A DNA stretch of 64,000 nt, taken from positions 3,003 through 67,002 of the IMG/VR virus record IMGVR_UViG_3300026549_000005. The stretch is one strand, 5' to 3'. Each line of letters starts with the position of its first letter. The stretch's first letter is position 1. This DNA is from a virus. The notes under the pieces were generated by a model, which had not been told where the DNA came from, searched no databases, and was given only the letters and a program-made list of their open reading frames with translations. This document shows, piece after piece, positions 9,457-19,698 of this stretch. A program made the position numbers and the translations under genes.

Positions 9457-10116
9457 TTACCCCTCAAAATTATAATCTGCATATTGCGATAACTCACCGT
9501 AAGTGAGCCTTTCTAAGTTATTATAACTGCAATTTCTAAATAAATAAAGATATGTATATTGTACACTAAATATAACATACATATTGGCTGGAATCAAACT
9601 TCTGATATACTTTTGAAATTTCAGATAAACTTCAGGTGAATTTGTATGAATATCAATAGTAAGTTCAAAATCATTTGGAAATATTTCAAAAGTATAATTT
9701 CCTTTACCCCAAACACTTTCGAGAATCCTTTGCAAATTCTGCCTTGTAAATGGCGGTCTGAATCTTCTTTTAGTAAGTAACAAGTCCCGTCTTGTGTTCA
9801 AATCCAAATCAGCATTTGATTCAAGATTAAGAACCTTTTCCCATTTCACAATACCATTATAATTCAGTGATTCTAAGAATGTGTTATCAATATTCGCTTG
9901 AATTTCATCATGCAAGGTTTCTATTTCATCTTTCTGAGTTCCATACAATGCTTCCATGGTCTTATTATCTTTCAGAACATCAGGGGAATAGCGGACTACA
10001 TAATTGGCTCGTTCTTCAAGAATCAAGTTTTCATCCTCAACCCTAGACCTGCTTAAAATAATGAGATTCTGCCGTATAACATTACTGTTTTTTATTTTTA
10101 AGTTAATATCACTCAA
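9457..10116 (-). CDS. XkdU/DUF2313-like baseplate-associated tail protein
   Basis: Position immediately after the baseplate-J gene; size and synteny match PBSX XkdU. Confidence 0.6.
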   Translation of the reverse strand: MSDINLKIKNSNVIRQNLIILSRSRVEDENLILEERANYVVRYSPDVLKDNKTMEALYGTQKDEIETLHDEIQANIDNTFLESLNYNGIVKWEKVLNLESNADLDLNTRRDLLLTKRRFRPPFTRQNLQRILESVWGKGNYTFEIFPNDFELTIDIHTNSPEVYLKFQKYIRSLIPANMYVIFSVQYTYLYLFRNCSYNNLERLTYGELSQYADYNFEG

Positions 10117-11266
10117 TTGTTACGCTCCTAAGATAAGGTAAATACTGTTTACCCAACAAACCTTCATCAACATAAACAATATCATTCATTTCACCATTTA
10201 ATTTTACATCAGTTACGTTTAATACGAATTCCAATTCAAGAACTTTTTCAATAATTCTTGCACGATAGATTGTGAGGTTTACATCTTGCTTATAAGATTG
10301 TCTGATTGAAAGGAAATATTCTTCAATTTTTCTTTCAACCTCTTCTTGAATTGTTTCAATAGTTTCTGTTTTTAAGAATTCAATCGTTAAAGCAACATCA
10401 ACATCCTGCCTTGTTGGTGTTGTGATTGTAACATAATGCCCGATTGGAGCTATTCCAATTCCTTGCCCCGTAGAATCTTCAGGGTCAATCTGTTCTTTAA
10501 GGTTTCTTGCAAATTCTGTTGTAATCGGATTATATAATGGGTCAACAACTGAAAGTAAAACAGAACCGTTATACTGCCATGCTGGAAAAACTTTTGTTTG
10601 CCCAACTCCATCAATGGCATTCACCCTTTCAATATAATCCTGAATATTTCCACCAAAAGCACCATAATTAAGACTTGCAACGGCTCTTGCCCTTAATTCA
10701 GTATCAGTTTCATCATCTTCAGCTGGTTTATAAGTTGATATGATATTTGCCTGAGCAAGATTCAAAATAGGTGTTAATGGTAAAATTGTACCCAAGTGTT
10801 CATTTCCTTGTGTACCAGTTTGTTCACATTCAAGAATCTTATAACCATCTGTTTTACCGATATATTCATAAGTGATTTCAGCATTTTCAGGAATTGCAAA
10901 TCTTATACCAGTTTCAATTTCCATATCAATAAGAATCCTTTGGTTGTTTTCATCAAGAACATAATTTCCTTGACTATCAACTTTATATTGCTTGAATTCA
11001 GCAATTCTTAATGCCCTTGTTGCTTTTCTTCTGCTTATACCGTAATCATAAACACGTCTATTAAGATTGTTACCAGTTGCGGTCATTAAATATGTTTGTT
11101 CTTCAAGAATATCCATTTTTACATAAGCATCAGCCAATTCAAGACAAACTGGAGCAAGTGCATCGTAAATGATTGAGCCTACTCGCTTATCTACATCTAC
11201 CAGTCGGTCATTCGCAAGGCATCTGTTTAAGATTTTTTCAAAAGTATTATCATCACTGTATGACAT
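10109..11266 (-). CDS. baseplate J-like protein (XkdT-like)
   Basis: 385 aa; synteny and typical N-terminus (FEKILNRCL..VDKRVGSIIYDALAPV). Confidence 0.8.
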   Translation of the reverse strand: MSYSDDNTFEKILNRCLANDRLVDVDKRVGSIIYDALAPVCLELADAYVKMDILEEQTYLMTATGNNLNRRVYDYGISRRKATRALRIAEFKQYKVDSQGNYVLDENNQRILIDMEIETGIRFAIPENAEITYEYIGKTDGYKILECEQTGTQGNEHLGTILPLTPILNLAQANIISTYKPAEDDETDTELRARAVASLNYGAFGGNIQDYIERVNAIDGVGQTKVFPAWQYNGSVLLSVVDPLYNPITTEFARNLKEQIDPEDSTGQGIGIAPIGHYVTITTPTRQDVDVALTIEFLKTETIETIQEEVERKIEEYFLSIRQSYKQDVNLTIYRARIIEKVLELEFVLNVTDVKLNGEMNDIVYVDEGLLGKQYLPYLRSVTIE

Positions 11267-11278
11267 TTGATTCCTCCG

Positions 11279-11683
11279 TTATATTGCAAGACTCAAAGAA
11301 TCTTTATAAGTTCCATATATTGTAAACACCGTAAAATCAATTAAACAAGCATTGTTTTGTTTATCACTTTTTTCAACATTATCAACTTGAACATCAGAAA
11401 TTCTATCATCCTGCAAAAGTGCATCACGCAAGGTTTCCTGAATTCCAGCCGTAATAAATCCAATATCTTTCCCTATGTATTGTTCAAGTTCAACACCATA
11501 ATCACCATCATAAATTGGACTGGAGTATCTTTCAGTAGATAAAATATGATAAATTGCCTGCTTTACTGAATCCAATTTATCAACTTTTCCTGCAACTGTA
11601 CTATCACCAACACGATAAGTTAAATTAGGTTGTCTGTATTGAATTGAATCACCGATAAGCTGATTATTTATTTGTGGAATCAT
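11279..11683 (-). CDS. XkdS/DUF2634-like baseplate protein (gp25/W-like)
   Basis: 134 aa; VKQAIYHILSTERYSSPIYDGDYGVELEQYIGK pattern; synteny. Confidence 0.6.
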   Translation of the reverse strand: MIPQINNQLIGDSIQYRQPNLTYRVGDSTVAGKVDKLDSVKQAIYHILSTERYSSPIYDGDYGVELEQYIGKDIGFITAGIQETLRDALLQDDRISDVQVDNVEKSDKQNNACLIDFTVFTIYGTYKDSLSLAI

Positions 11684-12337
11684 TTATTCCTCCTCAATCC
11701 TTTCAGCAACATAATACTTCTGATAATCATTAAATGCAAACATTAAAACAGTATCACCAACTTTTAATTTTGGCTCAATTTCTAGTATAACGCATTCCTC
11801 ATAATCAGACTTAGGAAAATGAACATCTTTTGTAATTTGTTTTGAAATTATATGCTTATGTTCACTATCTGTAATCATAACAGAATCATCAACTATTGTT
11901 GCCTGCCCTCCAACTGCAATACTTGTTGATATTGAACTTCTTCCAAGATTCTTTTTTGATATGGTGTTTGTAACTTCATTTCCGTTTTCATCTAAAGTTT
12001 TATAAGTTACCATTGTACTTTCTGCAAGTGCTTTTTGGGTTTGTTCAAAAGCCTTTCCCGCAATAGTTCCCGCACCAATACTTCCAACAGACGGTGAGGT
12101 TTCAGTAAAATGAGTATCAAGAATATGAGTATGCGGAATCTTGACTTTGTGAGGTCTACAGTTTTGACCTAAGAACAAAAACTCTTTAGGCAAGACAATT
12201 CCATTTCCAATATCAATGCTTAATGGGTCAACTGTTTTTACAGTTCCATAAATCATTGTGTTAGGCTTATTCTGATTCATCATTCTTTTGATAGCATTTA
12301 CAAAATTTTGTGCCTCAATATCAAAATTACTACCCAT
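11684..12337 (-). CDS. XkdR/DUF2577-like baseplate protein
   Basis: GTVKTVDPLSIDI ... KVGDTVLMFAFNDYQKYYVAERI pattern; synteny. Confidence 0.5.
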   Translation of the reverse strand: MGSNFDIEAQNFVNAIKRMMNQNKPNTMIYGTVKTVDPLSIDIGNGIVLPKEFLFLGQNCRPHKVKIPHTHILDTHFTETSPSVGSIGAGTIAGKAFEQTQKALAESTMVTYKTLDENGNEVTNTISKKNLGRSSISTSIAVGGQATIVDDSVMITDSEHKHIISKQITKDVHFPKSDYEECVILEIEPKLKVGDTVLMFAFNDYQKYYVAERIEEE

Positions 12338-12339
12338 AA

Positions 12340-13557
12340 TTATAATCCTTCAGGGAAATTACCTTCCGTTGTAACTTCCAAATCCATAGTATGATTATCA
12401 CCATCATAGTGATGAACTGCCGATAAAATATATACGGGAATATCATTTATACCAACACTTTTTAATCTTAAAGCAAAAGCATTTCCAGCATATAATCCAT
12501 TATAACCCAAGCAGGTTAATTTTAGGGTTTTTGTTGGGTTATTTTCAACATCAAGAATAAGTTTAGCGTAGTTTTTTAATTGTTCTTCAGTTGCACCTTC
12601 TTTTACTGTAACAATCTTTCTTAATCTACCCCATTTTTTAACACTATCCTCCTGCTTCGCATAAACCAATTCCTTTACTTTTTCTTCTTTACCTTCTTCG
12701 TTTTTAATGGATTCATTTGTTTCCGATAACAGTAAAATCTCATTGTGTGTATCTTTATCAATATCAATAGAATACTCATAATTCATCAGCAATGATTCTT
12801 CACCAATTACAAGTGTTTCATTATCCATAAATGAATGTGATTCAAATATATTAAATGGTTTATTTTTATCTATTTTAAAATGTGATTTTATTTCTTTAGT
12901 TAAAGATTTAAATTCAAGAGTACCAAAATTATCTCGAATATAATAATGAAAACCTTTCCACAATTTGTCCATTATTTCATTTGATAAAGTTTTTTCAATT
13001 TCATATTCAACAACATCTTCACCCTTAGCATTTTTATATATCTTATAATTTCCTTTTTGTGTTTCTTCAATTGCCCATTCAATTATTTCAAACAATGTTT
13101 TGTCTTGAAAAGTATAAGGTCTAACTTTTATGATTGATTTATCTATAACTTTTGCGGTCGTCACCATCTTTTTTTCTGAAAAATTATATTCACGGAATCC
13201 AGCATTATTACAAAGTTTAAGAAATATATCACTTGCCGTTTCTTTTCCATTAGTAAAATAATAATCGTGATTCTGCAAATATCGCATTTGGTCATAAGCA
13301 ACAACGGAGTAATCTTCTTCATCAGTAGTTGAAAGTGAAAAAATATATCCCTTGAAAACTTCAGCGTTTTCAAATTTGAATTCCACTTCATCACCAAGAT
13401 TCATTTTCAAATCACCATAAGGGTCTTTTCTTAACTTAAAAGTTAATTTACCTGGGTATCCTTTTAATGATGTTGAATAATCAATCTCATGTGCAAGTTC
13501 GGAAACATCAAAACCATAATCTGTATTTCCATTAATTCGCAAATCTATTTTCATCAA
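12340..13557 (-). CDS. XkdQ-like baseplate hub / late-control-D-like protein
   Basis: 405 aa, located between the LysM protein and baseplate genes. Confidence 0.55.
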   Translation of the reverse strand: MMKIDLRINGNTDYGFDVSELAHEIDYSTSLKGYPGKLTFKLRKDPYGDLKMNLGDEVEFKFENAEVFKGYIFSLSTTDEEDYSVVAYDQMRYLQNHDYYFTNGKETASDIFLKLCNNAGFREYNFSEKKMVTTAKVIDKSIIKVRPYTFQDKTLFEIIEWAIEETQKGNYKIYKNAKGEDVVEYEIEKTLSNEIMDKLWKGFHYYIRDNFGTLEFKSLTKEIKSHFKIDKNKPFNIFESHSFMDNETLVIGEESLLMNYEYSIDIDKDTHNEILLLSETNESIKNEEGKEEKVKELVYAKQEDSVKKWGRLRKIVTVKEGATEEQLKNYAKLILDVENNPTKTLKLTCLGYNGLYAGNAFALRLKSVGINDIPVYILSAVHHYDGDNHTMDLEVTTEGNFPEGL

Positions 13558-14330
13558 CTATTACCCTCTAAAGTAACAATGTTATAAGAACTATTTCTTA
13601 CCCAATTTTCAGGCAAAGTCAATTTAGTTCCAACAACAAGACCATCCATCAATGAATCACCAATGATTTCTTTATTTTCAATATACAATTCTTTCCAGTT
13701 TTCGTCTGAACCAGTTATCTTTTTAGTAATGCTTGTTACAGTATCATTTTTCTGTACTGTATAAGGATTATTGATAACTTCCTTATTTGATACACGGCTA
13801 GGTCTAGGAATATCAACACAAACTGTATATCCTGCATATTTTCCAACGGCATCCATAACATTATTTATTGCAGTTATCAGTTTGCTATTGGTTGAGCCTT
13901 TAATTTTTTTAGCACCATAATGCCGATATTCTTTAAGGCTTAAAGTGTAATAAACATCTTCCTCTTCACCCGCATTTATCCAATGTTCAAAGTTTTCACA
14001 AGTAACCCACATTGAAAAGTTAAATCTTGTTACAACCATAAAAGCAGGCTTTTTGCTTTTCTGCCATTCTTCCAGCCAATTGACATAAAGAGCAGGAGGT
14101 ACTAATGTAGACAACTCCTGCCAAAAGAATGAGTCAATTGTCATTTCAGCTAGTTTAGGAGTTTGTGGAACACTTACTTCACCCAATCCAACAATATCAA
14201 CTGTTTCTGCTGAACTAGGAATCACCTTTTTCAACACTTCAGGATTAATTGGAAATTTCAAAGTTTTCCATTTATCGTAAGTAAGAGTAATATAAATTGG
14301 TATAAAACTATCTTGTTTGTAAAGTTCCAT
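13554..14330 (-). CDS. LysM-domain tail protein (XkdP-like)
   Basis: C-terminal LysM-like YTVQKNDTVTSITKKITGSDENWKELYIENKEII..GTKLTLP; directly follows the tape measure. Confidence 0.7.
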   Translation of the reverse strand: MELYKQDSFIPIYITLTYDKWKTLKFPINPEVLKKVIPSSAETVDIVGLGEVSVPQTPKLAEMTIDSFFWQELSTLVPPALYVNWLEEWQKSKKPAFMVVTRFNFSMWVTCENFEHWINAGEEEDVYYTLSLKEYRHYGAKKIKGSTNSKLITAINNVMDAVGKYAGYTVCVDIPRPSRVSNKEVINNPYTVQKNDTVTSITKKITGSDENWKELYIENKEIIGDSLMDGLVVGTKLTLPENWVRNSSYNIVTLEGNS

Positions 14331-16066
14331 TATGCAACCCCATTACTATAAAGAGCTTCAGTCATTGTACCAGTAAATTTATTAAGAACCGATGCAACTT
14401 CATCACGAACATCTTCTGCCGTTACATTAGTTCCATTCATTTCAATATTTATCTGAGGTCTAATGTTAGATTGTTTGAAGAAGAATCTTTCAGTTGCTTT
14501 TGTTGAAAGCAAATCTTTATAATCCTGAGCAATATCAACAGATGAAGTATCAGAAGTAAGTAATGAGCCATCACTAGCAAATTTGAATTGATTGCCTTGT
14601 TGAGATAATCCATCACCAACTGCCTTTTTAAGTCCACCCGTTAATTTATCAATTGCACCCTGAAATTGTTCTGAAAGATTAGAACCTATTTCACCACCTT
14701 TGACTATATAGTCTTTATATGATACTCTGTCCATTCTACCATAATCAACAGTAATCGGGCCATCACCTTTTAATTCTTCAATTTTATTTTGGAATTCAAT
14801 TAATTTTTCATCCCAATCTTGATGAAAAATTTTACCAATCGCTCCTGCAAGCGGTGTAATAATTTTAATTATATCTTGAGCCATTGATAGAAAGAAATCA
14901 CTTACCTTATCAACAACTTTCCAGAAAGTATTAACAATCCATTCCGCTATAATAGCAATAAAGTTTCTTACATCAACAAAGCCATTTATTGCACCTGCAA
15001 CAAGAACACCTATTGCAATTCCAACCGCCTTAAATGTCTTTTCAGAAAAGGCAAGGAACAAAGCAAGAGCCGATATAATCAAGAGAATCAATGATATAAT
15101 ACCGATTAATGGAGCATGAGCAATTGCCCATGCAACTGCCGTTGCTATTGCACTTGCTATAGCCTCCCTTTTAAGAATAGCAAAGTAAACACCAACTGCA
15201 AGTATAGCAACACCCAAAGCACCTAACGCAATGACAACACCGTTTATATGTTTCTGAATAAATTGTAAGGCTTTTAATATATCTTCATAAAACGCTAATT
15301 TCCATCTCATTGTTACAAGTTGGAACATATCTTGAAAAGGTTTTAATGTTTTACCAAGTTCTTTTCGCATATTTCCCAATTGAACTGAGATAGATTGTAC
15401 TGATTGAGGATTTAACGCATTTAAGGCTTGTGCTTGTTGACCTATGCTTTCATTTACGGTTTTAGTGATAAAGGCAAGTTTCTGCTCTTCATTCATCAGT
15501 TTGAATGCTTCTTTTTCAGCGTCACTGAACACGTAACCACGTTTAGACATTCCACCCATATCACCACCCATGACTTTACCAAGCATTGTGGCATAACTCA
15601 TCATTCCTTGTTCTGAGTTTACACCACCCTGCTTTGCCATGTTAGCGAGCACGGGCATCAAACCTTTCAGAGTTTTAGCATCAGTTATGTAGGTTGCCAA
15701 CTCCTGAGCACCGTTGGTCAACATTTCGTAAGAATAACCCGTTGCGAGTTCTTGTTGTTTCAAAACATCTTTCATTGCACTAATAGTTGAACTATTAGCA
15801 CCAAATCTAGCCTGCATTACAGTTGCAAGTCTTGTTTCCATTTCCAATTGATGCTGATATTCACCCACCAACCCTGATACAGAATTGGTAAGCATATCAA
15901 CTTTATTTTTTGCAAAAGAAAATATTTGTAATGCTGAACTAACACCAAGCAATTTATTTGTTAGATTGCCTGCACTTTTTTCAGCATTTTGCATTTGTTG
16001 ATTTATTTGTGAAACAATTTGAGATACATTATCAACACCATTAAAAACCAAATTTATCTGTGCCAT
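14330..16066 (-). CDS. tail tape measure protein
   Basis: 578 aa; helical N-terminus, central multi-TM hydrophobic block; position after the chaperone pair. Confidence 0.85.
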   Translation of the reverse strand: MAQINLVFNGVDNVSQIVSQINQQMQNAEKSAGNLTNKLLGVSSALQIFSFAKNKVDMLTNSVSGLVGEYQHQLEMETRLATVMQARFGANSSTISAMKDVLKQQELATGYSYEMLTNGAQELATYITDAKTLKGLMPVLANMAKQGGVNSEQGMMSYATMLGKVMGGDMGGMSKRGYVFSDAEKEAFKLMNEEQKLAFITKTVNESIGQQAQALNALNPQSVQSISVQLGNMRKELGKTLKPFQDMFQLVTMRWKLAFYEDILKALQFIQKHINGVVIALGALGVAILAVGVYFAILKREAIASAIATAVAWAIAHAPLIGIISLILLIISALALFLAFSEKTFKAVGIAIGVLVAGAINGFVDVRNFIAIIAEWIVNTFWKVVDKVSDFFLSMAQDIIKIITPLAGAIGKIFHQDWDEKLIEFQNKIEELKGDGPITVDYGRMDRVSYKDYIVKGGEIGSNLSEQFQGAIDKLTGGLKKAVGDGLSQQGNQFKFASDGSLLTSDTSSVDIAQDYKDLLSTKATERFFFKQSNIRPQINIEMNGTNVTAEDVRDEVASVLNKFTGTMTEALYSNGVA

Positions 16067-16070
16067 TGTT

Positions 16071-16627
16071 TCACCTCTTCATTTTTTGTTCTGCCTGCTT
16101 ATCTGCCTCGATTTGATTGTCAATGCAGGCAATCACAAATGCTTTTTCTTTTTGTGGTAACCTAGAAAATTCTGTAGGTTTCCATCTTAATTTGAGAACG
16201 GCGAATTGACAATATAAGGCTTCACCGTCCTCCTTAATTAGTTTTTTGCTTCTTCAATATCAGCCTCAAGAGCCTCAAACCCTGAAAGTTTTTGAATCTT
16301 TTCAGCAATATCTGCAAGAATTCCTGCGGGGAATTTCTTGTTCAAGAATTCACTAGCTGAATTGCATTTTACTTTCTGCAAGAATTTTTCATCTGCAAAA
16401 TCAGGCTCAACAATACAAGCATCAAGAACAAGTCGATTGTATTTACCTAAATCAAATGTAATATTCTTTCCTTTTACGCTGTTTGCCCTTTTCTGAAATT
16501 CAGAATGTTCTTCCTGCAACAAAGGTCTAACAACAAATTCAAATTCTTTGCCGTTTACAACTTCTTTTACAGTTTCCCTGATTTCTGAAACATCAGGCAT
16601 TTCCAAAAAATCATCAAGTTTACTCAT
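16071..16627 (-). CDS. tail assembly chaperone, -1 frameshift-extended product
   Basis: The -1 frame is open from the heptamer at 16241-16247 to TGA 16071-16073 (about 57 extra aa), ending 4 nt before the tape-measure ATG. Confidence 0.6.
16238..16627 (-). CDS. tail assembly chaperone (XkdN-like), zero-frame product
   Basis: ATG 16627 after GGAGG; lies between the tube and tape-measure genes; ends EEAKN* on a slippery heptamer. Confidence 0.75.
   Translation of the reverse strand: MSKLDDFLEMPDVSEIRETVKEVVNGKEFEFVVRPLLQEEHSEFQKRANSVKGKNITFDLGKYNRLVLDACIVEPDFADEKFLQKVKCNSASEFLNKKFPAGILADIAEKIQKLSGFEALEADIEEAKN
16241..16247 (-). other. programmed -1 ribosomal frameshift slippery site A_AAA_AAC
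   Basis: GC[A AAA AAC] TAA read directly; X_XXY_YYZ in the zero-frame register. Confidence 0.6.
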
Positions 16628-16673
16628 TTTAATCCTCCAAAAATAAATAAGTATTGCTTTGATTATAAAATAA

Positions 16674-16706
16674 ACCACCATAAAAATAAAGTTATTTTAT
16701 GGTGGT
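16674..16706 (-). terminator. hairpin terminator/attenuator after the tail tube gene
   Basis: 12-bp stem accaccataaaa/ttttatggtggt followed on the minus strand by TTATTTTAT. Confidence 0.6.
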
Positions 16707-16718
16707 ATTATGCTTTAT

Positions 16719-17174
16719 TTAAGAAAGTGCCTTAAATGATTCATTAAGTTCAACATCACTGAAAGTAAAGTTTGCTGATTCATCAAGAAATTCTGCCTCT
16801 GTATCAAGTTTGGCAATTTCTGACTCATCCATATTACAATCAATCAATGTTACCTGCTGTTTGCCAATAGATGAAGTCGGGTCTTCATTGGTAAGAACCA
16901 ACTTAAAGTAAGTATCTTTACCTGATTTAGCATAATCAATCATCATCTTTGCCCAACGTGAACTTGCATAATGGATAACCATTGAACCCGTACCAGTCCA
17001 ACCCGTTGCCTTATGCTGAGTGCCACGATAACCCAAAGCCTTAAATTCAGTTTTGTTTTTAGTTATTTTAGCTGTAATATTTTTGCATTCAGCAACTTCA
17101 ATTACTTTACCGTCAATTGTAGCAAACAGTGAACCTTCTTTGCCTGATATGGCATCACTTGCTTTCATGTACAT
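16719..17174 (-). CDS. tail tube protein (XkdM-like)
   Basis: 151 aa directly after the sheath gene; GGAGG RBS. Confidence 0.8.
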   Translation of the reverse strand: MYMKASDAISGKEGSLFATIDGKVIEVAECKNITAKITKNKTEFKALGYRGTQHKATGWTGTGSMVIHYASSRWAKMMIDYAKSGKDTYFKLVLTNEDPTSSIGKQQVTLIDCNMDESEIAKLDTEAEFLDESANFTFSDVELNESFKALS

Positions 17175-17189
17175 ATTGTGCCTCCTTTA

Positions 17190-18524
17190 CTAACTTCTAA
17201 CCTTTACGGTTATATAAAGTTTTTCCATCGAATCAACGGGTTTTACACCCCATTCAACAACAACAGCATCAAGGTCAACACCCTGAGCAATTGTAATATC
17301 ATCAGCACCAGCAAATTCCTGAATAGCATTAATTCTCTGCATTTCATTACCATAGACAATAAGGTCTGATTTGAAAATTCCTCTTCCAATATCATTATTA
17401 TCAACCTTACCCATGTAAGAATCTTCCCATGTCTGAACAACGGTTGTACCGATTTCATCAAGTGTTCTCATTACACGGTTTTTTGTAAAGTTGTAATTCT
17501 TATCACTACCATAAGTATGAAGTGAATTTATATCCTGCTCCACTTTAATCTTTCCACTTGTTGAAGTAGAAAGAATGAATTTACCAACGCTTAATCCTTC
17601 TTTAATTTCTGCATCAGTAAGTTCACCAACGATTGAAGTTGCACCATTGATTACTCTTCCAGTGTTTGATTCGTTTACATTTGCACCAGCAGTCATACCA
17701 GCAACAATTGCAACAAAATCTTCCTTACTAAAAGTTACATCATCAATAACTGCACCGTTTACAGAATTGATGATTCCTTCATAATCTGCACCAGCGTAAT
17801 CAGCAACAACACCCTGAACATAACGACCTTCATCTTCACGCAACTGCTGAATAAAGGTTACTACATTTGATTTAATTGTTGTATCTGAGCTGAAACAAGC
17901 GTAAGTCTGCCATTTAGCCATCTGCAAGGCTCTAAACATAGCTGGATAAGCGGTTGAATCAACAACTGTACCGTTAGTACCACCAGTCAAGGCAACACCA
18001 GCGGTTACTTCCAATTCACCGTTTCCAGTAAAATCAACATAATCGTTGTTTTCAAGTTCTGTTACGTTTGCAACTTTTTGTGAGTCGAGGCTCGCACCGT
18101 CTACATAGGTGATTACAGTCCAAAGTTCATTTGCTGCATCCTGAGTAATTGCAATAAGAATCTTGTTTCCGAATGTACCGTTATATTTAGCGGTTGCGGT
18201 CAAGTTTCCAAAAGTTACACTTGCTTTTGAACCACCAGCATCCATACGATAAACAAGAGCCTTGTAAGCGTAATTCAATGCACCAGCAAGCAGTTTTGAT
18301 TCACTATCAAATGCAGTAAATCCAACTTTCTTCTTGCTTGTACCATCAAGCAAATCACTTGAAAGCACCTCGATTAATTCACCCTCTTTACCCCATGACA
18401 AAGGTAAACCCATTGCAACAATTCCTCTATCACCAACGGTCATTTTTGATTTTGGAACTGCCTTAAAATTGATGTAAGCACCAGGTCTTACCTTGTTCTG
18501 AGCGAGCCAAATTCCACCTGCCAT
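17190..18524 (-). CDS. contractile tail sheath protein (XkdK-like)
   Basis: 444 aa; N-terminus MAGGIWLAQNKVRPGAYINF is typical of sheath proteins; synteny. Confidence 0.9.
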   Translation of the reverse strand: MAGGIWLAQNKVRPGAYINFKAVPKSKMTVGDRGIVAMGLPLSWGKEGELIEVLSSDLLDGTSKKKVGFTAFDSESKLLAGALNYAYKALVYRMDAGGSKASVTFGNLTATAKYNGTFGNKILIAITQDAANELWTVITYVDGASLDSQKVANVTELENNDYVDFTGNGELEVTAGVALTGGTNGTVVDSTAYPAMFRALQMAKWQTYACFSSDTTIKSNVVTFIQQLREDEGRYVQGVVADYAGADYEGIINSVNGAVIDDVTFSKEDFVAIVAGMTAGANVNESNTGRVINGATSIVGELTDAEIKEGLSVGKFILSTSTSGKIKVEQDINSLHTYGSDKNYNFTKNRVMRTLDEIGTTVVQTWEDSYMGKVDNNDIGRGIFKSDLIVYGNEMQRINAIQEFAGADDITIAQGVDLDAVVVEWGVKPVDSMEKLYITVKVRS

Positions 18525-18527
18525 ATT

Positions 18528-18788
18528 CTACTCCTTTTTGATATATGATGCTTCAAAAACTTCAGCAGTAACAACATTAATATCACCGCTAGAATTTTTT
18601 GTAACATAGTTACCTTCAATCAGCAACAACTTCGCACCATTTACAGTGATTAAACAATTGTACACACCATCCTTTTTTGTCAATTGAAAGTTTGTACATT
18701 CTGTAAAAATGATAATATCAGATAATGTTGCAACACTAAACTGAATAGCTTCAATTTCAACTGGAATACTAATGTATTTAGTTGCCAT
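18528..18788 (-). CDS. hypothetical protein (neck/tail junction)
   Basis: 86-aa ORF. Confidence 0.5.
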   Translation of the reverse strand: MATKYISIPVEIEAIQFSVATLSDIIIFTECTNFQLTKKDGVYNCLITVNGAKLLLIEGNYVTKNSSGDINVVTAEVFEASYIKKE

Positions 18789-19230
18789 TTAATCTTACCT
18801 CCATATTTAATTTATTTTGTTTTACTGATTCTTCATCATGTATTTCCTTTCCCAATATATCAACATTAAAGGTAAAATGTAACACCCCATCAACCTTTTC
18901 TGTATTTTTTTCTTTTATTCTTATTTTTTCATTTCCAAAAGTAATTATGTTAAAATTCTGTAAGAGTTTCATCCCCATATCATCAAGATTCTGCTCCAAC
19001 TTCAAATCTGTAGATTGGTCTGACTTTATTCTGTATCTCACATCCATTGCATAAGACATTAAGTGATAACTTTTTCTTTCTTCAGTATCAACAACGGATA
19101 TTTGATAAACGAAAAAATGAGGATATTGTGGATTAGTTATAGCCTCCTTATAAACCTTTACATTAGAAAAAGTTTTAAGAAGTTGCTGAACAATTGCCTG
19201 CTTTACATTTTCACCCGTTAATTCAATCAT
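18778..19230 (-). CDS. tail completion / neck protein candidate
   Basis: 150-aa ORF between the gp10-like and sheath genes. Confidence 0.45.
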   Translation of the reverse strand: MIELTGENVKQAIVQQLLKTFSNVKVYKEAITNPQYPHFFVYQISVVDTEERKSYHLMSYAMDVRYRIKSDQSTDLKLEQNLDDMGMKLLQNFNIITFGNEKIRIKEKNTEKVDGVLHFTFNVDILGKEIHDEESVKQNKLNMEVRLNGN

Positions 19231-19698
19231 TTACAAACCCCATCTTTTACAGAAATTACTCCATTCAACTGCAAATCTAGCAGGCATCTGATTTCTAATT
19301 TCATTTACACTAATTGTTAGCATAAATCTGCCATCTTTCCAACCAACTTCAACACTATGCCCTGCACCACCCATAATTCTATGCCCATATTCAACTTCAG
19401 TTGCATATTCCGTTGGATTCAAGATTTCAACACTTATCTTTTTACCTTCAACAAGAATTTTTCCCAACTGCCAATTCCTACGAAGTGTACCACCCACATA
19501 ATTTGGAATTCCCGTGCTCTCAGGAGTTCCAACGGGAGTTCTAGGTTTTGTTTTAGCAATCACCCTTTCAGCCATTTCAACAATAAAATTTCTTAAAAAA
19601 TAAGCCAAAGAATCATCATTTGAATCCTGACTTAATCTTTCAAGTTTTTCTTGCATTTTTTTCCATTCACGTGTATCAACTCCCCATTTTCCTGCCAT
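19231..19698 (-). CDS. HK97 gp10-like head-tail joining protein
   Basis: FIVEMAERVIAKTKPRTPVGT...GGTLRRNWQ pattern. Confidence 0.6.
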   Translation of the reverse strand: MAGKWGVDTREWKKMQEKLERLSQDSNDDSLAYFLRNFIVEMAERVIAKTKPRTPVGTPESTGIPNYVGGTLRRNWQLGKILVEGKKISVEILNPTEYATEVEYGHRIMGGAGHSVEVGWKDGRFMLTISVNEIRNQMPARFAVEWSNFCKRWGL

